Source of the DNA: a virus
Lineage: Duplodnaviria; Caudoviricetes
Reading direction: 5' to 3' (one strand)
Virus record (IMG/VR): IMGVR_UViG_3300004244_000010
Coordinates: 7,322 to 71,321 of that record
DNA: 64,000 nt
Each line of letters opens with the position of its first letter. Position 1 is the first letter of the stretch. Made by a program: the position numbers and the translations under genes. Below the pieces are notes generated by a model. The model saw nothing but the letters and a program-made list of their open reading frames with translations. It did no database searches and was not told the origin of the DNA. Of the stretch, positions 27,159 through 36,360 are shown in pieces.

Positions 27159-27533
27159 TCAGTTGGCGCGGCGTGCGCGCGGAGCTCTTGCCGGCGCCGC
27201 TGCCGCGGCGTCGGCCGCTGCGGCACCTTCGACCGGCGCCGCGCTCATGCTGCCCTCATCCACGCCTTCCTCGAATTCGCCGTCATCAGCATCGCCACCG
27301 TCGATCTGGTCGTTGGCACCCTTGCGCGTGATGTCTATCACCGCCTGGTAGTCGGCGGCATCGGACGGGTAGAAGTTCTCGTTGGTGAGCAGCCAAGCAA
27401 TAGCCGCCTCATCCGTCACGTCGCAGGCCAGATCGCCGCATTCATCCGGCATGAAAACAAGGCGGGTGCCGGCGGGCGTCGTCACGACGATGTTGCCGTC
27501 GCGGCGGGGCGTGATGGAGGTCTGGATCTTCAT
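27159..27533 (-). CDS. Phage hypothetical protein
   Basis: ORF in the capsid operon with an acidic tail. Confidence 0.75.
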   Translation of the reverse strand: MKIQTSITPRRDGNIVVTTPAGTRLVFMPDECGDLACDVTDEAAIAWLLTNENFYPSDAADYQAVIDITRKGANDQIDGGDADDGEFEEGVDEGSMSAAPVEGAAAADAAAAAPARAPRARRAN

Positions 27534-27547
27534 GATGTTGGTCCTAA

Positions 27548-27580
27548 GAAAAAGGGGGAAGCTGCTAGGCCTCCCCCTTC
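27548..27580 (-). terminator. Rho-independent terminator after the capsid/cement genes
   Basis: G-run/C-run stem followed by a T-run on the minus strand. Confidence 0.6.
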
Positions 27581-27618
27581 AACGCGCCGGGGCGCGCCAC
27601 TTCGCACAAGGAAAGGGG

Positions 27619-28086
27619 TCAGACGGCGCGATACAGCAGCGTCACGCCCAGCGTGCCGGCCACCGGCGTGGTGGGCGCGGTCGTCACCTTCACACCGACC
27701 TTACGTTCGGTCTGGGTGGCCTGCACCACCGCCATGGCGTTGCCGTTGCGTGCCAGGTTCTGCTGGAAGTCGGTGTTGACCGCGGTGGTGGAGCCCCAGG
27801 CCTTGCCGCCGTCAGCCGCAGCTGTCGACAAGTTCGCGGAGGCGCCGTCCCAGATACCGACCTGCAGCACCATGGCTGCAGCACCAGAGTCCATGTCGGT
27901 GCCATCCACCAGCAGGTCCACCGGCACGCAGCCCGGTGGCAGCAAGCCAATGGCGCCGATGGTGTTCAGGGCCAGATCGGCCGTGGCCAGATCCAGCGCG
28001 AAGCGCACCGCCACCACCTCGCCGCCAGCCGGCAGCACCGAGGGCTTGCGGCCCGTCAGGTAGTCGTTCGAGTTCGTGAAAGCCAT
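27619..28086 (-). CDS. Capsid decoration/cement protein
   Basis: 155-aa beta-rich protein directly after the major capsid gene; GAAGGAG SD. Confidence 0.75.
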   Translation of the reverse strand: MAFTNSNDYLTGRKPSVLPAGGEVVAVRFALDLATADLALNTIGAIGLLPPGCVPVDLLVDGTDMDSGAAAMVLQVGIWDGASANLSTAAADGGKAWGSTTAVNTDFQQNLARNGNAMAVVQATQTERKVGVKVTTAPTTPVAGTLGVTLLYRAV

Positions 28087-28122
28087 TTCGTTCTCCTTCA
28101 GTCCATTTGGTCAGCGGATGGA

Positions 28123-29274
28123 TCAGCGGCTGGCAGCAGCGGTATCCAGCGCGAACACGCCGAAGTCCTGCTGGCCCACAGCGCCTTCCATGTCGAAGCG
28201 CACCTTCTTGTGACCGAAGATGGACGACGTGCTGATGACCACCTTGTCGCCGTTGTCACGGGTTTCCTCGTGCCAGTCGAAGCGCAGGTTGGTGCCCGGC
28301 GAACCGAAGGCGACCACGGCAGCCTGCGAACCCAGGAACAGCGCGCGGGCCGCTTCGACGTTGGCACCGGCGCCAGCGTTGTTGAAGCGGATCACGTTGC
28401 GGTGCGAGTGCAGGATCACGCCGCGGTGCATGCCGATGTTGCCGCGGAACAGCGGGCTCGCGCGGCCTTCGGAGGCGGCAGCAGCCTTCTGGATGTCCAG
28501 CCACTCCCCGGGCACCACGCTCTTGCGCAGATCGTCTTCCTGGAACGTGTGCATGACGCACACGAAAGTTTCCATGCCGTCGATCTTGCAAGGCTGCAGC
28601 ACCGGGATGCCGGTAGCGCCGCCGCCCTGGCTGTCGGCGCGCGTCTTGGCGCGATCGACCAACTTCAGGCTGAACTTGTCCAGCACGTCGATGTTGTTGA
28701 ACGCGGTGGCACCGTTCTGCTCAACACCAGCCGCAGACAGCTCGGAGCCGTAGATGACGTGGTTCGAGTCGGGCGCGTACAGCGGGTTCTGGGCGCGGCC
28801 AGCATAGGTGGTCGGCAGCAGGAAGTTCGGGTTGATACCGCGGGCGCCGGACACGTAGATGAACAGCAGTTCGTCCATCAGACGAGCCCACCAGCTGGAT
28901 TGCTGACGCTTGGCCTTCTCGCGCAGGTTGTGCAGCGTGCGCTTGCGCGTCATGCGGCCGCCAGTGTTAACGCCGGCGCGCGCCTGATCGATGTAGATCG
29001 CGTCCGTGTAGAACTTCTGGCCTTCTTCCTTGCCTTCGAGGATGTCTTCACCCTCCACCGGCGCCATCTTCAGCTCGGCCAGCAAGTCGTAGGTGATCTG
29101 CTCGCCGGCATCGGTTTCCAGATCGGTCAGGATCTGAACCGGCACTTCAGCTTCGGCGCCGCGCGCCATGAAGCGCTGGTTCCAGTAGCTCTTTTGCGAG
29201 GTGTCGTAGGCCATCAGGCCGGCATAGCGCTTGACCGCCTTCGGGTCGTTCACGCCAACAATGGTGCGTCCCAT
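28123..29274 (-). CDS. Major capsid protein (N4-gp56/DUF4043 family)
   Basis: DPKAVKRY...DLETDAGEQITYDL...LEGKEE...IDQAR...GGRMTRKRTLHNLR; strong AAGGAG SD. Confidence 0.92.
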   Translation of the reverse strand: MGRTIVGVNDPKAVKRYAGLMAYDTSQKSYWNQRFMARGAEAEVPVQILTDLETDAGEQITYDLLAELKMAPVEGEDILEGKEEGQKFYTDAIYIDQARAGVNTGGRMTRKRTLHNLREKAKRQQSSWWARLMDELLFIYVSGARGINPNFLLPTTYAGRAQNPLYAPDSNHVIYGSELSAAGVEQNGATAFNNIDVLDKFSLKLVDRAKTRADSQGGGATGIPVLQPCKIDGMETFVCVMHTFQEDDLRKSVVPGEWLDIQKAAAASEGRASPLFRGNIGMHRGVILHSHRNVIRFNNAGAGANVEAARALFLGSQAAVVAFGSPGTNLRFDWHEETRDNGDKVVISTSSIFGHKKVRFDMEGAVGQQDFGVFALDTAAASR

Positions 29275-29303
29275 AGAAATACTCCTTCAGTTTTGACTTG
29301 AAA

Positions 29304-29319
29304 GAGCACTCCTGCGCTC
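29304..29319 (-). promoter_or_regulatory. Second GGA-loop hairpin in the capsid leader
   Basis: GAGCGC-AGGA-GTGCTC on the coding strand. Confidence 0.55.
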
Positions 29320-29343
29320 GAAGCTAGATACAGACGGCTTGAT

Positions 29344-29559
29344 TCAGCCGGCAGTTAATTGCGCCATCCTTGGCACGACTTGCGCAATATCTTGTTCACC
29401 GTCCTGAGACAGTTTTGTGATCTTCATGGCGCGCGGCGCGCAGATGCGCAGCCGCGCGGCCTGACCGCTCTTGTGCACCAGCTCGACCGTCACATCACCC
29501 ACGGCCAAGATCTCGCTCGGCCGCAGTTGGATGGTCAGTTTTGAGCAGTCCCCAGGCAT
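29344..29559 (-). CDS. csrA: CsrA/RsmA-like RNA-binding protein (divergent)
   Basis: LTIQLRPSEILAVGD-VTVELVHKSGQAARLRICAPRAMKITK aligns with E. coli CsrA 2-44 (~13 identities by eye, R44 to K); TGATG coupling to the scaffold gene. Confidence 0.75.
   Translation of the reverse strand: MPGDCSKLTIQLRPSEILAVGDVTVELVHKSGQAARLRICAPRAMKITKLSQDGEQDIAQVVPRMAQLTAG
29362..29376 (-). promoter_or_regulatory. Late-leader element copy 3 (inside the csrA 3' end)
   Basis: GTGCCAAGGATGGCG, 87 nt upstream of the capsid ATG. Confidence 0.8.
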
Positions 29560-30521
29560 CACGAACCTGCCGCGTACTTCTCACGTTGGGCCGGCGTCAT
29601 GCGCGCGATCGCATCTTCCAGATCGGTACCGTTCAGACGATCGAGGTGTGCGAATTCACCAGCGACATCGCCGGGTCCATCGCCGCCAGGCACCTGGGCC
29701 AGCGTCGCAGGGGCGTCAGCCACGGCCGGCTTGCGGCGAGCCAGCGCGGCATCCTTGGCTGACGGGGCCGGCGCAGGAGTTGGCGAAGGAGCGGGGGCAG
29801 CGGGGGCGGCCGCGCCGCGGAACGCCTGCACGCGCTTATGGGCCTCAGCCACAAACCATTTGGCGTCCTTGTCCTCGTTCGACTCATCCGCGCCCAATGC
29901 GCGCAGGAACATGTTGAACTCGGACAGCGCTTTGGCATCGGCGCGATAGTTGATGCCGCCCTGCTCGGCCGGCGTGCCCGACACATCATCCAGTGCTTGG
30001 TTGAACTGGAATTCGACGCTCTGGCGCGTCATGTCCTGCGAGATCTCGGCCTTGATGCGCAGCGAATCGAGCTCGCGGCGCTCCGACTCCACCCCGCGGA
30101 GGTCGGCCTGCAGCTGGGCACGGTCGATGTCGCCGGCCTCGAAGCGGGTCCAGGCGGCAGTCTCGCGCTCGCCCAAGGCAGTCACCTTGGTTTCGAAGTC
30201 GGCGGGGAGCTCGGCCACGTAGGCGGGGGCTCGGGCAGGCGCGGGCGATGCGGCCGGAGGCGTCGCCGGTGTGGGGGACCCGGCAGGCGCAGCAGCGGCA
30301 GCATCTGCGGTGGCAGCTGCGTCGGCTGCCTTTGCTGTGTCTGCAGCTTCGGTGGAAGTGGTGTCGTCGTCGACCCCATCATCATCCTCGCCGTCTTCGT
30401 CATCGCTGCCCGCAATGTTGCGCAGCGCGTCAATTTCAGCCTGGGTCGGTGCGCCATCTTCGATGGCAGCGCGCTCTTCCGGGGTCAGCAACTCCAGTGC
30501 TTGGGCGTCGAGAGAACTCAT
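29559..30521 (-). CDS. Putative capsid scaffolding protein
   Basis: Acidic, Ala/Pro-rich, helical; C-terminal EDAIARMTPAQREKY; upstream of the capsid gene. Confidence 0.75.
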   Translation of the reverse strand: MSSLDAQALELLTPEERAAIEDGAPTQAEIDALRNIAGSDDEDGEDDDGVDDDTTSTEAADTAKAADAAATADAAAAAPAGSPTPATPPAASPAPARAPAYVAELPADFETKVTALGERETAAWTRFEAGDIDRAQLQADLRGVESERRELDSLRIKAEISQDMTRQSVEFQFNQALDDVSGTPAEQGGINYRADAKALSEFNMFLRALGADESNEDKDAKWFVAEAHKRVQAFRGAAAPAAPAPSPTPAPAPSAKDAALARRKPAVADAPATLAQVPGGDGPGDVAGEFAHLDRLNGTDLEDAIARMTPAQREKYAAGS

Positions 30522-30545
30522 GCTCTTTCCTTGGTCGGTGGTGGA

Positions 30546-30734
30546 TTAATCGTCCTTGCCTTCGCTGGCGATCGACGCCAGGCCCAGCAGCTTCTGTTTG
30601 GCGAGCGCCTGCACCTTAGCCAGCCGCTTCGGATCCTTCTCGATCTCTTCGCAGCGCTGCATGGTGCGCAGATCGTCTTCGACCTGCCAGTCGTCTTCGC
30701 TCTTGGTCGATGCGATGGTGTTGCCTTTGGCCAT
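30546..30734 (-). CDS. Small conserved phage protein
   Basis: DWQVEDDLRTMQRCEEIEKDPKRL; GGAG SD; start reassigned to 30734. Confidence 0.75.
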   Translation of the reverse strand: MAKGNTIASTKSEDDWQVEDDLRTMQRCEEIEKDPKRLAKVQALAKQKLLGLASIASEGKDD

Positions 30735-30739
30735 GAGAT

Positions 30740-31213
30740 CTACTCCAGTGGTGTGGTGTCGGAATCTGCCACCCTTGGCACGTCCGTAGGCCAAGCCTCG
30801 ATCAGCGTTCTGACATCGGAGACGTGTCGCCCAGCCTTTTCCGCCAGCTCGCCATATCGCGCTGCGCACTGATCGAATACGTCTCGGAAGGCTCCAACTC
30901 GCTCAAGGCAGGCCGCGTGGGATTGCTCGGACACTCGCACCGCATCGGCAGATGTGTCGCGCAGCCGGTCGCGCTCAGTGCGCAGATCATCAGCAGCCCG
31001 ACGTAACTTGCCCTCGCGAGCGCGCGCCGCGGCGACGGCATTTGAGGCTTGAACATGACTTGCCCTTTCGGCTTTGAGGACGTGGCGAACCTGCTCCACC
31101 TGGTCTTCGGCCGCCTGGCCCATGATCGCGGCGATACGCCAGTCCTGGACTTTCCAGGCGGAAGCGCCAGCGATCAGCGCGCCGATCAGGAAGGCAAGCA
31201 GCAGCTCTTTCAT
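30740..31213 (-). CDS. Rz-like i-spanin
   Basis: N-terminal TM, W.VQDWR, coiled coil; contains an embedded lipoprotein gene. Confidence 0.8.
   Translation of the reverse strand: MKELLLAFLIGALIAGASAWKVQDWRIAAIMGQAAEDQVEQVRHVLKAERASHVQASNAVAAARAREGKLRRAADDLRTERDRLRDTSADAVRVSEQSHAACLERVGAFRDVFDQCAARYGELAEKAGRHVSDVRTLIEAWPTDVPRVADSDTTPLE
30767..30781 (-). promoter_or_regulatory. Late-leader element copy 4 (variant AGGG loop)
   Basis: GTGCCAAGGGTGGCA, 32 nt upstream of ATG 30734. Confidence 0.75.
30802..31056 (-). CDS. Rz1-like o-spanin lipoprotein embedded in Rz
   Basis: Lipobox LSATGC, Pro-rich mature part, fully nested in another frame. Confidence 0.75.
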   Translation of the reverse strand: MFKPQMPSPRRALARASYVGLLMICALSATGCATHLPMRCECPSNPTRPALSELEPSETYSISAQRDMASWRKRLGDTSPMSER

Positions 31214-31225
31214 GGATGCGGAGCC

Positions 31226-31240
31226 TGCCATCCTTGGCAC
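31226..31240 (-). promoter_or_regulatory. Late-leader element copy 5
   Basis: GTGCCAAGGATGGCA, 12 nt upstream of the Rz ATG. Confidence 0.8.
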
Positions 31241-31244
31241 GTTG

Positions 31245-31520
31245 TCACGCGCGCGCGGTTGGGATAGTGACCAGCCTTTTGCCACGGTGATACAGCAGCG
31301 TCTCGACGCGGAACTGGTCGCGCAGCAGGATCGCCACGTCACGCCAGTCGTTCACGCTCAGCTGCCGCCCATCGAGGCGGGACGCGGCGTGCACATAGGC
31401 CAGCGAGTCTCCCAGCAGTTCGGCTTGCGCAGAGGCAAGGAATGGCAGCTTCTCGGCATAGCCGCCGGGCAACTCGAATCCGCGAAGCGTCAGGCTGGTG
31501 ATCTGGGCATGCCAGTGCAT
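31245..31520 (-). CDS. Phage hypothetical protein (91 aa)
   Basis: ATG at 31520 just after the upstream stop; protein-like composition. Confidence 0.6.
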   Translation of the reverse strand: MHWHAQITSLTLRGFELPGGYAEKLPFLASAQAELLGDSLAYVHAASRLDGRQLSVNDWRDVAILLRDQFRVETLLYHRGKRLVTIPTARA

Positions 31521-31530
31521 CGCTCTGCCC

Positions 31531-32007
31531 CTAAGCAGCTGCCAGGATGATGGCCAGGATGGAGGCGTCGTCTTCGCCGGCCTGGGCGCGATATTCCTGC
31601 CGCTCGGCCATGCGTTCTGCTGGCAACGGAAGACCCGCGGAAGCGGGCGGGTCGGTCCGCGCAAGCGCCGCAGCTTGGGCCGCTGACGCGGCTGGTGCTG
31701 GTGTTGATGGTGTAACGATCGGCCTGCGCGCCGCGGCCGCACGCCGCTTGTCGTCCTGCTGCTGGCGCAGCCGAAGCTCGACAAAATCCCAGGCCGCCCT
31801 GACCTCTTCCGTGCTCAGTTGCTGGCGTAGCGCCGGTGCCTGGAATTCCTTGCGGGCTTGGTACGGGCCGCGCCCCTTACCGCTGCCGTACACCTGCTGC
31901 TGGCGCTGCTCTTCTTCCAGCCAGGCGATCAGGCCCTGCACGGCCAGGGAGATCGGGCTCAGCTTGAAGCCGAAGCCCTGCAGCGCGATGGCGCGGAGGT
32001 TAAGCAC
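31531..32007 (-). CDS. Phage hypothetical protein
   Basis: Overlaps the upstream stop. Confidence 0.65.
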   Translation of the reverse strand: MLNLRAIALQGFGFKLSPISLAVQGLIAWLEEEQRQQQVYGSGKGRGPYQARKEFQAPALRQQLSTEEVRAAWDFVELRLRQQQDDKRRAAAARRPIVTPSTPAPAASAAQAAALARTDPPASAGLPLPAERMAERQEYRAQAGEDDASILAIILAAA

Positions 32008-32530
32008 GGGTCACCGTCACGGCGCCGCCGGACTCCACCACGGTCTGCACAATGCCGCCAGCGGAGCGCTCAGTTGGAGAAACCACCAGCGGCGCGCCTG
32101 GCACCAGGCCGTGGATCTTGGCAAGCTCGCTCATGCGCTGCAGCTCAGTCGCCAGTTCGGTGCGCACGGCCGCGGCTACCTCAGCCGCGCTAGCGCCGCC
32201 AGAACCACCAACGCTGGTGACTGCATAGGCCGCCGACTGCGTGCGGTCGACGTAGCAACCGGCCACCGGGTTGATGGTCGCCTTAAGATTCCCGCCCTTC
32301 ACTTCAAAGCTGCCGGGCGGGAACTGCAGCGTCCAACCATTGATAAACGCGATCGCTGGGAAGTAAGCCCCACCACCCAGGTCGATCTGCTTGTAGGTGT
32401 GGATCACCGGATACACCATCGCCTCGGGGTTGTCCTCGATGTCTCGCAGGGCGGCGTGAAAGGCCACCATGTCGGTGATGCTGGCGTCCGAGTGGATCGT
32501 CAGCGTGGCGAAGTTCGGCGTCAGGGCCAT
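32000..32530 (-). CDS. Tail fibre-associated protein
   Basis: Coupled to 32530-34035; FINGWTLQF motif. Confidence 0.7.
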   Translation of the reverse strand: MALTPNFATLTIHSDASITDMVAFHAALRDIEDNPEAMVYPVIHTYKQIDLGGGAYFPAIAFINGWTLQFPPGSFEVKGGNLKATINPVAGCYVDRTQSAAYAVTSVGGSGGASAAEVAAAVRTELATELQRMSELAKIHGLVPGAPLVVSPTERSAGGIVQTVVESGGAVTVTRA

Positions 32531-34035
32531 TACTCGTCCGCGTTGCGCACCGCCGTACCGGATCCGCCCGCGCTGGTCACGCTCAGCGTGGACTCGAACG
32601 GAACGATGGAAGGCGTGCTGCCCTTGCGCACCTTGAAGCGGCAGGTGAAGGCAGAGCCAAACTGGAAGTTGGCCGACTGCATGCTGGCACCCGCGGATAC
32701 CCCGTCAATGAACGGGATGAACGCCGGCAGGCCCGAGGCATAGCCGCCTGCCGGGACTGCGGGAGACAGGCCGCTGATCACGTTGCCGGCGCGCGCCGTA
32801 TAGGTGTGGCGGTTTCCGTTGATGCGGATGTAGCAGGTCTGCGAGCCCGGCGCCGTGGGTGTGTCCGCAGGGGCTGCAGTGAGCGTCACGGAGGTAGCGC
32901 CCGCCGTGGCCGTAGCCGCCAGCGTGGTGTCGTTGGCGAAGCCCCCGGCGCCATTGTCACGCGCCGCCAGCACATAGTCGCCGCTGGCCACACCCGTGAC
33001 CTGCACGGCCACGCTGGTGGGAGGCGTCTCGACCACGCCGGTATGGCTGATGAGTTGATAGGCCTTGGAGTCGCCGGCCTGCACTCCGGTAAGCCACCAG
33101 CCTTGCGCCACGAACCACTTGCCGCCCGCGAAGGTGCCGAACGGGGCCGCGAGGTTCTCGGGGTAGGCCTGGCCGGGCAGGACTCGGTAGCGCCAGCCTG
33201 GCACGCTGTTGAAGGTGATCGTGCTCGACTCGCTGCAGGCCCACATCAGGGCCTGGTAGGCCTGCAGCACCGTGATCGTGCCGTCCAGCGTGATGGTGGC
33301 CTTGTGCAGCAGTGAGCCGGCGCCGCCACCCAGGTCTTGCGTGTTATCGCCGTAGGCCAGGGTGATCTTCTGCGTGCCGGGCGTGGCCGTCCCGCCGATA
33401 GCCGTGCTGAAGTAGCTGGCCGCCACGGCGGGCGTGATAGTGCCGGTGTCGATATTCCCATCCACCGAGGTGCTCAGGGCCGCCACCTGCTCGCCGCCAG
33501 GGCTCAGGTCCACGTCGAAGTGGCTGTAGCTCTGGCCATACTTGCGGCTGTAGACCGTGATGTCCTTCAGCGTCGTGTCGCCGGCGCCGCCCTTGGCCTT
33601 GACCAGGATCTGGAAGCTGGAGGCGTCAGCGTCCGCCCAGTACTTCGTGATCTTCGCGCCATTCTGGAAAATGTAGATCGGGCTGCTAGCTACCAGCGAG
33701 CCCAGCACCTTCAAGCCTGTGTACAGCACGTCGCCGCCGGCCTGCTCGATGGAGCCGAACTTGAACCATTGCGCGGTGGCGTCGTTGATGTTGACGCCGT
33801 TCAGCAGCGTTAGCGCCATCGGGCGCACCGTGTTGCGCTTACCTGCCAGCTCAGACGGGTTGGCACCAAGGATCGAGACGAGATCATCGCCCGTTGGGGA
33901 GGCGTCGTCAGCGAGATCCTGTGCCCACTGGTGGAGGGCCAGCGTGGTGTACCGAGCGCTAGTGCCCGGCACAAAGGCCGCCGCCTGGCGCAAGTTACCG
34001 CTGGAGTCGATGCTGAAATCTGAACCGATGGCCAT
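32530..34035 (-). CDS. Tail fibre/virion structural protein (501 aa)
   Basis: Gly/Ala/Thr-rich beta protein in the tail-fibre block. Confidence 0.75.
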   Translation of the reverse strand: MAIGSDFSIDSSGNLRQAAAFVPGTSARYTTLALHQWAQDLADDASPTGDDLVSILGANPSELAGKRNTVRPMALTLLNGVNINDATAQWFKFGSIEQAGGDVLYTGLKVLGSLVASSPIYIFQNGAKITKYWADADASSFQILVKAKGGAGDTTLKDITVYSRKYGQSYSHFDVDLSPGGEQVAALSTSVDGNIDTGTITPAVAASYFSTAIGGTATPGTQKITLAYGDNTQDLGGGAGSLLHKATITLDGTITVLQAYQALMWACSESSTITFNSVPGWRYRVLPGQAYPENLAAPFGTFAGGKWFVAQGWWLTGVQAGDSKAYQLISHTGVVETPPTSVAVQVTGVASGDYVLAARDNGAGGFANDTTLAATATAGATSVTLTAAPADTPTAPGSQTCYIRINGNRHTYTARAGNVISGLSPAVPAGGYASGLPAFIPFIDGVSAGASMQSANFQFGSAFTCRFKVRKGSTPSIVPFESTLSVTSAGGSGTAVRNADE

Positions 34036-34040
34036 GGTGC

Positions 34041-34436
34041 TTACTCGTCCGGGATTTGTGAAACGTAGATCGACTGGCTTCCGACGAAGGCCGTCGCCAG
34101 GGTCTGGTAGGGGATGTAGTACGGCGCTGAACTAGCCTTGCGCACCTTGACGCGAAGGTCATTGCCGGCGTTTCCGGCAGCGTAGGTGGGCACCGTGAAC
34201 ACCTCAGTGCTGCTCGCAGCAGTGCGGTTCTCGATGGTGGTTCCGGTCTGCGTCTCCACCTGGATCGCGGAGCCGGTAACCAGATTGGTCAGCGTCAGCG
34301 TGAAGCTGCCGATACTCTCTGTAGAGAGGCGCATGCGGCCGATGGCCGAATTGCCCGCGGCGCGCAGGCCCGGCAGGTCCGATACCATCACGGCGCTGCG
34401 CGCCAGGCCGAAGCAGGAATCAAAGATCGCACTCAT
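34041..34436 (-). CDS. Tail fibre-associated protein
   Basis: Coupled ORF; VRVRKAS...Y.PY...SIYVSQIPD is similar to the C-terminus of the 501-aa protein. Confidence 0.7.
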   Translation of the reverse strand: MSAIFDSCFGLARSAVMVSDLPGLRAAGNSAIGRMRLSTESIGSFTLTLTNLVTGSAIQVETQTGTTIENRTAASSTEVFTVPTYAAGNAGNDLRVKVRKASSAPYYIPYQTLATAFVGSQSIYVSQIPDE

Positions 34437-36358
34437 GTGATCGCGATCTCCGGGTTGAGCGAGAAAGCTGCCGTCGAGCCTCCAGGGAGGGAGCGGTCGA
34501 TCACAAGACGCACGTTCATGATGGTGTTCAGCTTCACCTGCTTGGCAGTCGTGCCAGACACCTTGCGCGGCACCCAGGTGCTGTACGCCCCGCCTGCGTT
34601 CGTCCAGCTGGCCGACGACGTGGCAAGCGACACCGGCACACGCTCAGAGACGGGTGCGCCCGTCTCATCGATGTACTGCAGCTCCACCGTGCCGAACAGC
34701 GGCAGATTGGTCAGCGAGAGCGAGTCCAGCAGCAGCTCGACAGACCAGCTGCGCGCCCCGGTGGTGAGCCGCGATTGCATGCGCGTTGCGGGCAACGCCC
34801 ACGGCTGGCTCGGGCTGATGACGGCCGAGGCGTTGGTCCAGTACGCCAGCCACGCCCAGGGCGTGCCATCAGGAGCGACGGAACTCAACACCGGCTGGCC
34901 GGCGTTCCACTCCACGTACCCCGACCGCGACTCAAACTTTGCCGAGCCCCCGATGCCGAGGTTGTCGAACACAAGATAGGCGGGGTTCTGCCCCACCGTG
35001 GTGTTGACCAAGCCCACCGCGCCAGCTGGCAGTCCTGCGCCCTTGTTGTTTTCAAAGAGCAGCGTTGATCCAGCGCCGAGGGTTACACCGGGCGCGTACA
35101 GGGTCAGGTCGCCCGGCTGACCGGCAGAGAACGTATTGCCGCGCGCCGTGAGTTGGAGCGCCGTGCCTGTTGTCGATGTTTTTACAACAGGCACCGTGAA
35201 CGCGCCACCACCCACGCCTGTAAGGTTCCAGCGAACGTCGTTGCCAATCAGAGTCGTAGTGTAAATTTTGGCGTCGAACAGGGAAGCAACGATGTTCGTA
35301 CGCGGCACTGCCGTGAAGTCGAACAGGCAATCTACGCACGACAGGCTGTATCGGGACGAGCTGCCCGGTGCCCAAAACGCGAAGCAACTTGTGGCGTAGC
35401 TGCCCGTCTTTTCGATGAACTCGACCTTCTCGTAGCTGGCCCCCCAGGCTGTACTGCCGCCGTCATACCCCCATGTAAGCGGCAAGCTGCTGCCGCCGCT
35501 GTTGATGTAGAACTTGACGGTGAACGCGCCCCGGACCTTGGCCTTGATGCTGTGGTACATGCCCGCCACCGACAGGGTGACATAGCCCGCGCCGTTGGCA
35601 GTCCAGTCCAGCGTCAGCTTGGACGACGACCCGTCCCCTGTCCAGATCGTGCCGTCGTCCATCAGCATGTTGATGTACGCGGGCTTGTTGGCCTGCGGGG
35701 AGATGTTGGCCGTGCCCGTCACGAGCGTGGTGTTGCGCCCCGTCCGTACATTCAGGATGTCATGCTCCGTGAACGTGAAGCCCGAGTACCGCACCATGGG
35801 GGACGCGACGAACAAGCCGTAGGTCAGCGCGGTGATGCTGTTCGACACGCCGATGGCCGCCGTGTTCAGGAACCAGCCCCAGCATCCCCCCGCGCCGCCC
35901 GCAAACTGTGTCAGCGTGGGCGAGCCGGTGAAAGTCGTTGCGATGGCCGCGCTGGTGTTGTTGGCGTAGTTCAGCGTCGCCGAACCGACGCGCATCATGA
36001 TCTGGCAGGTACCGGCCGGTGCGCCGCCGCCGGGGCCACGCGCGAACACCAGATTGCGCAGCTGCGGCGTGCCGACGGCCACGCCCGATGCCACGGCGGT
36101 GCTCGTCGCGTTGATGTTCGTAGCCAGGGCGTTGGCCGCCGCATCGGCGCTGGCTGCGCCGATCACGCTGGTGGTGCTGACGCTCACACCGCAGACGCTG
36201 ATGGTGCCGCTGGTCGGAACAGCCGTCATCAGGATAGAGCCGATGGACGCGGCCGACGCGGCTGCGCTGGCCGCTCCATCGCCCTCTTGCGGGGTGCCCC
36301 AGGTTGGCGTGGCGCCGATGTTGGTGGCGTAGGCGCCGTGGTCTAGGTAGCTATCCAT
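34433..36358 (-). CDS. Tail fibre/tailspike (probable receptor-binding protein, 641 aa)
   Basis: Beta-rich G/S/T/N composition; locally more A/T-rich DNA. Confidence 0.75.
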   Translation of the reverse strand: MDSYLDHGAYATNIGATPTWGTPQEGDGAASAAASAASIGSILMTAVPTSGTISVCGVSVSTTSVIGAASADAAANALATNINATSTAVASGVAVGTPQLRNLVFARGPGGGAPAGTCQIMMRVGSATLNYANNTSAAIATTFTGSPTLTQFAGGAGGCWGWFLNTAAIGVSNSITALTYGLFVASPMVRYSGFTFTEHDILNVRTGRNTTLVTGTANISPQANKPAYINMLMDDGTIWTGDGSSSKLTLDWTANGAGYVTLSVAGMYHSIKAKVRGAFTVKFYINSGGSSLPLTWGYDGGSTAWGASYEKVEFIEKTGSYATSCFAFWAPGSSSRYSLSCVDCLFDFTAVPRTNIVASLFDAKIYTTTLIGNDVRWNLTGVGGGAFTVPVVKTSTTGTALQLTARGNTFSAGQPGDLTLYAPGVTLGAGSTLLFENNKGAGLPAGAVGLVNTTVGQNPAYLVFDNLGIGGSAKFESRSGYVEWNAGQPVLSSVAPDGTPWAWLAYWTNASAVISPSQPWALPATRMQSRLTTGARSWSVELLLDSLSLTNLPLFGTVELQYIDETGAPVSERVPVSLATSSASWTNAGGAYSTWVPRKVSGTTAKQVKLNTIMNVRLVIDRSLPGGSTAAFSLNPEIAIT

Positions 36359-36360
36359 CG

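Noticed and set aside
27382-29301. 639-aa plus-strand ORF
   Set aside because: Shadow of the capsid and cement genes.
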